From positions 32,236 through 96,235 of the forward strand of contig JBAXOY010000001.1 in assembly GCA_037133055.1 (NCBI GenBank): a stretch of 64,000 nt of DNA, given 5' to 3'. Position numbers and translations under genes: made by a program. Source of the DNA: Chlamydiota bacterium (GTDB lineage Bacteria > Auribacterota > Tritonobacteria > UBA1439). The notes under the pieces are model-generated. The model did no database searches and had not been told where the DNA came from. It saw nothing but the letters and a program-made list of their open reading frames with translations. Of this stretch, positions 58,417-64,000 are shown in pieces (position 1 is the stretch's first letter; every line of letters begins with the position of its first letter).

Positions 58417-59249
58417 GGAGCCCGACGGACGCCGGCGCCCCCGCGCCGGGGGCGAAACTCCGCGAGATCGCCTGCCGCTCGATCCTGAGCCCCTCCCGCA
58501 TCCCGGGGGCGGACTACTCCATCAACCCGTACGTCGGCTGCCTCCACGCCTGCGCCTACTGCTACGCCCACTACATGCAGCGATGGTCGGGGCACGAGGA
58601 GCCGTGGGGAACGTTCGTGGACGTGAAGATGAACGCGGTCCGCGTTCTCATCCGCGCGCTCCGCCGCACCCCGCCCTCCCGGATCTTCATGAGTTCCGTG
58701 ACCGACCCCTACCAGCCGCCGGAGCGGCGCTATCTCATCACGCGCCGCATCCTCGAGGCGCTCGCCTCCCTCCCCCACTCGATCGTGATCCACACGAAGT
58801 CGGCGCTCGTCGCGCGAGACCTGGACATCCTGCGCTCGTTCCGGGATATCTCCGTGACCTTCACCATCGTCACGGGCGACGCGGGGGCGGTCCGCCTTCT
58901 CGAGCCGGGGGCCCCGCCGGTCCCCGAGCGGATCCTGGCCCTCGATACGCTGGCCCGGGCGGGGATCGATACGTCCGTGTTCATCGCCCCCGTCATCCCG
59001 TTCGTCACGGAGCGGGGCATCGAGGGGCTTATCCGCGGTCTTGCAGGGGCGGGGGTGCGGCGCGTCATGCTCGACGACCTTCACTATTTCCCCCGCCTCG
59101 CCGGCCGCCTCATCCCCGCCCTGAGGGCGTACGATGCGTCCCTGCCCGCGAGGGTCGCCCGGGCCACAAAAGATTATTATCAACAAACCGGCCGGAATAT
59201 TCTAGAATGTTGTCGCGGGCACGGGATCAGGTGCGACGCTTTTTTCTGA
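58413..59249 (+). CDS. Radical SAM protein, SplB/DNA-repair-photolyase-like
   Basis: CLHACAYCY radical-SAM cluster. ATGA overlap with nfi. Confidence 0.65.
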   Translation: MRSPTDAGAPAPGAKLREIACRSILSPSRIPGADYSINPYVGCLHACAYCYAHYMQRWSGHEEPWGTFVDVKMNAVRVLIRALRRTPPSRIFMSSVTDPYQPPERRYLITRRILEALASLPHSIVIHTKSALVARDLDILRSFRDISVTFTIVTGDAGAVRLLEPGAPPVPERILALDTLARAGIDTSVFIAPVIPFVTERGIEGLIRGLAGAGVRRVMLDDLHYFPRLAGRLIPALRAYDASLPARVARATKDYYQQTGRNILECCRGHGIRCDAFF

Positions 59250-59287
59250 GGCGCTCCGGGCGCCGTCGCCGCAAGGGGAGGTCCGCA

Positions 59288-59758
59288 ATGCGTACGATCA
59301 CTGCAGTCGCGACGACCGCCTGCGCCGCGTGGCTCCTTTCGGGATGCGGATGGAAGATGATCGAGGCCCCGATACGGGTCCACGGCCAGGTGATCGACGC
59401 GGGCACGAAAGAGCCGGTCGAGGGCGCCTGCATAGACATCGCCGACGACCGTGAGAAGCTGGACATCAGGCTCAATACGGGCATCCTGACGGACAAGAAC
59501 GGCGTATTCGACACCACCTTCATATACGGCTACGAGCGGTGGATGTGGCTCGGGATCCCCGTCTGGTGGCTGCCGACCGCCCCGGAGCGGATCTACGTCG
59601 AGGTATCCGGAAACGGCTACCGCCCCCGCATCACCAACATCGAGTACCGCGCCGCCCTGTCCGGCGGGGAGAAGGAGCCGCCCCCGGTCAAATTCGACCC
59701 CATCACGATCCATCGGAGCTCGCCGTCGAAGAAGCGCGCGTCCGGGGGAGACGGGTAA
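59288..59758 (+). CDS. Hypothetical lipoprotein
   Basis: WLLSGC lipobox. Confidence 0.4.
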   Translation: MRTITAVATTACAAWLLSGCGWKMIEAPIRVHGQVIDAGTKEPVEGACIDIADDREKLDIRLNTGILTDKNGVFDTTFIYGYERWMWLGIPVWWLPTAPERIYVEVSGNGYRPRITNIEYRAALSGGEKEPPPVKFDPITIHRSSPSKKRASGGDG

Positions 59759-59768
59759 TACTACCCCC

Positions 59769-60830
59769 ATGAAGCGGATACGCATTGCGGTCATCATGGG
59801 AGGACGGACCGCCGAGCACGACATCTCGCGCGCCACGGGCGCCATGGTGCTCGCCAACCTCGACCGCAGGAAATACCGCGTGAAACCGGTCGTCATTTCG
59901 AGGGACGGCAGGTGGCACGCCGCGCAGGGCTACCCGCCCGCGGGACGGCGCGGGGCTGCGAGGCCCCGCTTCGGTCCGGCGGGCGCCGCCGTCACGCGCC
60001 TCGTGAAGGACCGCGTCGAGTGCGCCTTCATCGCGATGCACGGCCCGTACGGCGAGGACGGCACGATCCAGGGCCTGCTGGAGATGCTGGACATCCCCTA
60101 CACCGGCTCGGACGTGTGCGCGAGCGCGCTGGCGATGGACAAGATCAAGGCAAAGGAGATCTACCGCGCCCACGGGATCCCGACGCCCTCGTTCTGCGTC
60201 ATCGACGCGCGCGACTGGAGAAGCGGCCGAAGAGAAATCTCCCGGGCGGTGGCGCGCCTGGTGGGATTCCCTTGTTTCCTGAAACCGTCGCGGCTCGGGT
60301 CGAGCGTCGGCGTCAGCGTCTGCGGATCGGCGGCCGACCTTGCGCGGCGAGCCCCCGCCTCGCTCCGGTACGGGGACCGGCTGCTCGCCGAGAAGCTCGT
60401 CGAGGGGATCGAGGTCACCTGCGCCGTGCTCGACACCCCGGGGGGGCGGCCGCCGGTCGCCCTCCCGCCCACGGAGATCGTGCCGCAGACGGGCGCGTAC
60501 TTCGATTACCACGCGAAATATACGCCCGGCGCGAGCGTCGAAATCACGCCCGCGCGCATCGGGGCGGCCATGACCGCCCGGGCGCAGGACCTCGCGCTGC
60601 GCGCGCACGCGGCGCTCGGCTGCGCGGGGATGTCGAGGACGGACATGATCATGCGAGGGCGCGGGCTCACCGTGCTCGAGACCAACACCATCCCGGGCAT
60701 GACGAAGACCTCCCTGCTCCCGCAGGCCGCCCGGGCGGCGGGCCTGAGCTTTCCCCGCCTGCTCGACAGGATCATCGCCGTGGCGCGGGAGGGGCATCGG
60801 CGCCGGCGCCGCCACACCCGGACACGCTGA
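59769..60830 (+). CDS. ddl: D-alanine--D-alanine ligase
   Basis: ATP-grasp motifs. GGRTAEHDIS N-terminus. Confidence 0.85.
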   Translation: MKRIRIAVIMGGRTAEHDISRATGAMVLANLDRRKYRVKPVVISRDGRWHAAQGYPPAGRRGAARPRFGPAGAAVTRLVKDRVECAFIAMHGPYGEDGTIQGLLEMLDIPYTGSDVCASALAMDKIKAKEIYRAHGIPTPSFCVIDARDWRSGRREISRAVARLVGFPCFLKPSRLGSSVGVSVCGSAADLARRAPASLRYGDRLLAEKLVEGIEVTCAVLDTPGGRPPVALPPTEIVPQTGAYFDYHAKYTPGASVEITPARIGAAMTARAQDLALRAHAALGCAGMSRTDMIMRGRGLTVLETNTIPGMTKTSLLPQAARAAGLSFPRLLDRIIAVAREGHRRRRRHTRTR

Positions 60831-60857
60831 CGGCGCGCGCCGGGGGGGAGGTGTGCC

Positions 60858-61046
60858 ATGTTCAAAAAAATACTGTGTGCCGTGATCGCCGCACTGTCCG
60901 CGATGACCTGCACGGCTCAGTCCACCGAGCCCGTGGGGCCCTCGGGCTGGACCGCGCGCAACTGGGCGGGGATCTGCGTGCAGATAATCCTGTTCGTCCT
61001 GGCGCTCATCGGCGTCTGGGCGCTCGCAGGCCGCGACAGGGAATGA
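60858..61046 (+). CDS. Hypothetical small membrane protein
   Basis: GGGAGG SD. Two hydrophobic segments. Confidence 0.3.
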   Translation: MFKKILCAVIAALSAMTCTAQSTEPVGPSGWTARNWAGICVQIILFVLALIGVWALAGRDRE

Positions 61047-61055
61047 CGCGCCGCT

Positions 61056-61493
61056 TCACCGCGCCGGATCGAGCGCCTTCCTCATCTCCTGAAGGAACGC
61101 GCCGGGGGGCTTGAATCCCACCACCCGGTGCACCACCCTCCCCCCGGCATTCATAAAGAGAACCGTGGGAAGCGCGGGGATGCCGTAGGCGCGGCTCGCC
61201 GCGGGGTCCTTCCCCACGTCCACCCTGACCGCCACGAACTTCTCCGCTAGTTCCCGGACCGCAGCGTCCGCGTAGGTCTCCCGGTCGAGCTTTCCGCACC
61301 AGCTGCACCGCTCCGAGAAAAAATCCGCCATGACCGGTTTCCCCTGCTCCCCGGCGGCCTTCAATGCATCGGGGATCGAGGCGCTCCAGAGAATGGCGCC
61401 TTGTGCGCCTCCCCCGGTCTCCCCTGGCTCCCTTCCCCCGCAGGAGGGGAGCACCGCCGCACCACACAGCGCCGCAATCACCGCCGGTCTCAT
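61056..61493 (-). CDS. Thioredoxin-family lipoprotein
   Basis: CSWC active site. Lipobox LPSCGG. Confidence 0.65.
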   Translation of the reverse strand: MRPAVIAALCGAAVLPSCGGREPGETGGGAQGAILWSASIPDALKAAGEQGKPVMADFFSERCSWCGKLDRETYADAAVRELAEKFVAVRVDVGKDPAASRAYGIPALPTVLFMNAGGRVVHRVVGFKPPGAFLQEMRKALDPAR

Positions 61494-61515
61494 CAGTCGG
61501 TCCCTCCGGTTCACC

Positions 61516-62133
61516 TCAGCGAAAAAATCCCCAGTACCCCATCACGATCCAGTTAATGAACTGTATGACGAGGGTGAGCAGCACCGCGATCCCCACCGCA
61601 ACCGACGCCACCATGATGAACGACTCCACGCTGTCCACGTAAGCGGCGCTGAGGGTGTAGAGGAGCAGAAACAGGGCGAACGCGAAATGGTGCGCCATGT
61701 GGAGCGGACCGGAGGCCGTAAAAACGTAAAGCGCCATCGCGGCGACGCAGAGCAGCATGAGCCCGAGGGACACGGTGCTCCCGCCCCAGTTGGCGAATCG
61801 CCGCAGGATGAGCCACCCGGAGATCGCGGAGCAGGAAAGGCTTATCGCCTCGGCGATCACCATGAGCGGGGGCAGGAGGGTAAGGGAGGTATGGCGCGTG
61901 CAGAAATCCGCCCATCCCATCGGGCCGAGCCTGGTCTTGGCTCCGCAGGAGAGGCATACCCCCTGCAGCACCGCCCTGAAGGGAAACAAATACTTATAGC
62001 CGGCATAGAGCCCGAGCGCGGCCACCGTCGAGATCACGAACGCCGCCACCAGGCGCGCCGCAGACCGTTCCCGCCACCCGCGCACGGGGGCTTTCCTCTC
62101 AGCCGTGACGCCCGCCGGCGTCTTCCCCCTCAT
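61516..62133 (-). CDS. Hypothetical polytopic membrane protein (DoxX/MauE-like?)
   Basis: Hydrophobic. Adjacent to thioredoxin gene. Start uncertain. Confidence 0.3.
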   Translation of the reverse strand: MRGKTPAGVTAERKAPVRGWRERSAARLVAAFVISTVAALGLYAGYKYLFPFRAVLQGVCLSCGAKTRLGPMGWADFCTRHTSLTLLPPLMVIAEAISLSCSAISGWLILRRFANWGGSTVSLGLMLLCVAAMALYVFTASGPLHMAHHFAFALFLLLYTLSAAYVDSVESFIMVASVAVGIAVLLTLVIQFINWIVMGYWGFFR

Positions 62134-62515
62134 AAAGGACTCCTTCGATGCGCTCCACGGCGCCCGACAACCTGTTGAGCGACGCCTCGACCGACAGGCC
62201 GAGGCGTATGAGTTCCGCCAGTGCGAGGCACCCCAAAAACACGCCGGCTCCGAGGACAAGGCCGGCCGCCGGGATAAGCCATACCCCCTCGCGCCCGAGA
62301 TGGGCGATCGCCGCGCCGCCCGCGAGGCCCGTGACCGCGCACACCCTGAACGCGACCGCGAGCCCGCGGAGCAGCGCAAACCCGCGCGGCCCCGGCCTGT
62401 CGTCATCCCCGCAGCTCCCCCGAAAGCACCGCGGGCACAGTGCCCTGCCGTCATCCCCCTCGTACGTGAAGATCCCCGGCGGGATCTCCGCGCGGCACCG
62501 CGCGCACACCGCCAT
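62099..62515 (-). CDS. Zinc-ribbon membrane protein
   Basis: CxxC…CxxC N-terminus followed by TM helices. Confidence 0.3.
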   Translation of the reverse strand: MAVCARCRAEIPPGIFTYEGDDGRALCPRCFRGSCGDDDRPGPRGFALLRGLAVAFRVCAVTGLAGGAAIAHLGREGVWLIPAAGLVLGAGVFLGCLALAELIRLGLSVEASLNRLSGAVERIEGVLYEGEDAGGRHG

Positions 62516-62530
62516 CGCCGAACTCCTTTA

Positions 62531-63178
62531 TCAGTCGAGCAGCCCCTTGAGCGCGTCGTTCTTCTTTTCGCCCCCGCTCCCCCGCTTGCTCATGAGCTGG
62601 TCGAGCATCAGCCCGATCCCGCGCGTCGCCACCTCGTGCGGCAGGCCCGTGTCGTCGACGAGGATGCTCCCCTGCCAGACCGGCTCGCCCGTCGCCGTGT
62701 CGGCCATGCGGACCTGTACGTCGACCTTGGAGTTGTTGTGCTGGCGGTATTTATAGGTGGAGCACTTGTCCACCTGCCCCATGACGAGGGCGTCCGCCCT
62801 GAGCATCGCGCCGACGCGCAGCACGTCTTTACGCACGAGGATCCCGGCGATCTTCTCCCCGCGCTTCCCGAAATACTGCGCGACCTTTTCCGGCCCGACC
62901 ACCTTGAACTTCACCCTCTTCCTCAGCTCCGAGGTGAAGATATCGCAGATGACCTTGCCGTTGTCCCGGGTTATCCGCTCGGGCACGCCCATGATGGTCT
63001 TGGTCTCCCCCCGGGTCACGAAGTATTCCATGAAAGGCACCACGGCGACCTTGCGAATCCGGTCGTGTTTCTCGAACGCCGGGAATGTCTGGACGCTGAT
63101 TGTGTCCTGGTTTATCCCCGTGACACACCCGGCGCAGCAGACGAGCGCCGCCCCCGCATGCCACAAAAACTTACGCAT
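62531..63178 (-). CDS. Hypothetical lipoprotein
   Basis: VCCAGC lipobox. Confidence 0.4.
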   Translation of the reverse strand: MRKFLWHAGAALVCCAGCVTGINQDTISVQTFPAFEKHDRIRKVAVVPFMEYFVTRGETKTIMGVPERITRDNGKVICDIFTSELRKRVKFKVVGPEKVAQYFGKRGEKIAGILVRKDVLRVGAMLRADALVMGQVDKCSTYKYRQHNNSKVDVQVRMADTATGEPVWQGSILVDDTGLPHEVATRGIGLMLDQLMSKRGSGGEKKNDALKGLLD

Positions 63179-63233
63179 CGCTCCCCCCCTTCGCCTTTCA
63201 CCGCGTGAACCGCTTGAACTGCTTGAACCGTTG

Positions 63234-63989
63234 TTATCGTATCCCGACTTCGGCGGTCGCCCCCGGCATCGGCTCCGCTCCCGCGGCGATGGTCATGAGC
63301 CCGTAGAGCGTCGCATCCGGGATCCGGTCCGCCTCGCCCCAGTTCAACCGCTCCGCGTCGGCATGCCCCAGCGCGAAACTTCGATACGGCTCCTTCCGCC
63401 AGTACGGGCCCACGGCCTTGAGCGACTGGTAGCCGCGCGCGCCGTAACCGTCGCCCGGCTCCTGGCGAAACTGCCCCCTTGCCACGCGGACCGTGAGCCG
63501 GTCGATCTTCCCCTTGAGCCCTATGAAATGATTCGCCGCGTTTTCCTTCCCGGAGCGCCCCCATCCCGTTTCTCCCCCCATCCATGGGCGCTGGGCGAAG
63601 CGATGCGCGGTATGAAAGCAGAAGCCGTGCCCCCACCCGCCCTCCATGAGGAAGCGCACGAGCCCCCACGCGTCCTGGTCGAACTCCCCCCCGTCCTCGG
63701 CGCTCCTCACCACCACCGTGAGCGTCACGTCGAATCTGCCGTCCCTCTCCTCGCCGCACGATGCCTCCAGCTCGTCCGGGACAACCCGCTCGCGCGCGCC
63801 CGGGCCGGTGGGATTCTCGCGGAACATGCTCCTCAGTTCGTCGGTGAGCGCCGCGCCGAGCGAATCCCCGCTGAGATGGCGCTCGCCGACGCGGATGAGC
63901 CCGTCCTCCACCGCGAGGCGCTCGCACTCCCTGATTTTCTCGTCGATGGAAGTGAGCTTCTTCTCGTCGGAGAAGATCCAGTACCCCAT
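63234..63989 (-). CDS. Hypothetical protein, possibly N-terminally truncated by window end
   Basis: ORF runs to within 11 nt of the window edge. Confidence 0.3.
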   Translation of the reverse strand: MGYWIFSDEKKLTSIDEKIRECERLAVEDGLIRVGERHLSGDSLGAALTDELRSMFRENPTGPGARERVVPDELEASCGEERDGRFDVTLTVVVRSAEDGGEFDQDAWGLVRFLMEGGWGHGFCFHTAHRFAQRPWMGGETGWGRSGKENAANHFIGLKGKIDRLTVRVARGQFRQEPGDGYGARGYQSLKAVGPYWRKEPYRSFALGHADAERLNWGEADRIPDATLYGLMTIAAGAEPMPGATAEVGIR

Positions 63990-64000
63990 TTGCCGCGCGG

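Overview
High-GC (~68%) bacterial chromosomal segment with about 65 protein-coding genes. Most are housekeeping, transport or envelope genes; no rRNA, tRNA or CRISPR array was seen by eye. Main content, in order:
- Transport and efflux: a partial molybdate/sulfate-type ABC ATPase; a tolC-macA-macB efflux operon preceded by an AbrB-like gene; an alanine:Na+ symporter; a four-gene BMP-family (nucleoside-type) ABC transporter.
- A compact bacterial-microcompartment (BMC) shell mini-locus with one BMC-H (PduA/EutM-type) gene and three tandem BMC-P (EutN/CcmL-type) genes, but no cargo enzyme nearby.
- proS, then a DNA-damage cluster: alkD, hicA/hicB toxin-antitoxin, ogt.
- A lower-GC islet with a choloylglycine-hydrolase-family gene; an SDR; trpD; several secreted/TPR/DUF1573 envelope proteins; a HAD hydrolase; an AsmA-like protein.
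- PolX, class II fba, two CNNM/CorC-type genes, a GT39 glycosyltransferase, malic enzyme, a GGCT-fusion protein, a YkgJ-family protein, a GNAT-like protein, NUDIX, an M3-like peptidase, suhB.
- A TolC-like OMP plus RND pump without an adaptor; an ExeA/MshM-like ATPase, GspB-like protein and TPR protein; efp, dodecin, a sugar-phosphate isomerase, nfi, a radical-SAM SplB-like gene, ddl, and a thioredoxin-like cluster.

Two non-coding repeat families stand out.
- (GGGATTT)n heptanucleotide microsatellite: six loci carry tandem copies, and five of them lie within 3 kb around the BMC shell genes. Several match a canonical G-quadruplex motif. One encodes the C-terminal tail of the third BMC-P gene.
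- MITE-like palindromic element: three copies with terminal inverted repeats (core GGAGCCTGTCCGAG...CTCGGACAGGCTCC). The largest copy (282 bp) supplies the stop codons of both flanking convergent genes.

Many long ORFs in the six-frame track are antisense or frame artefacts of high-GC DNA and were not called.
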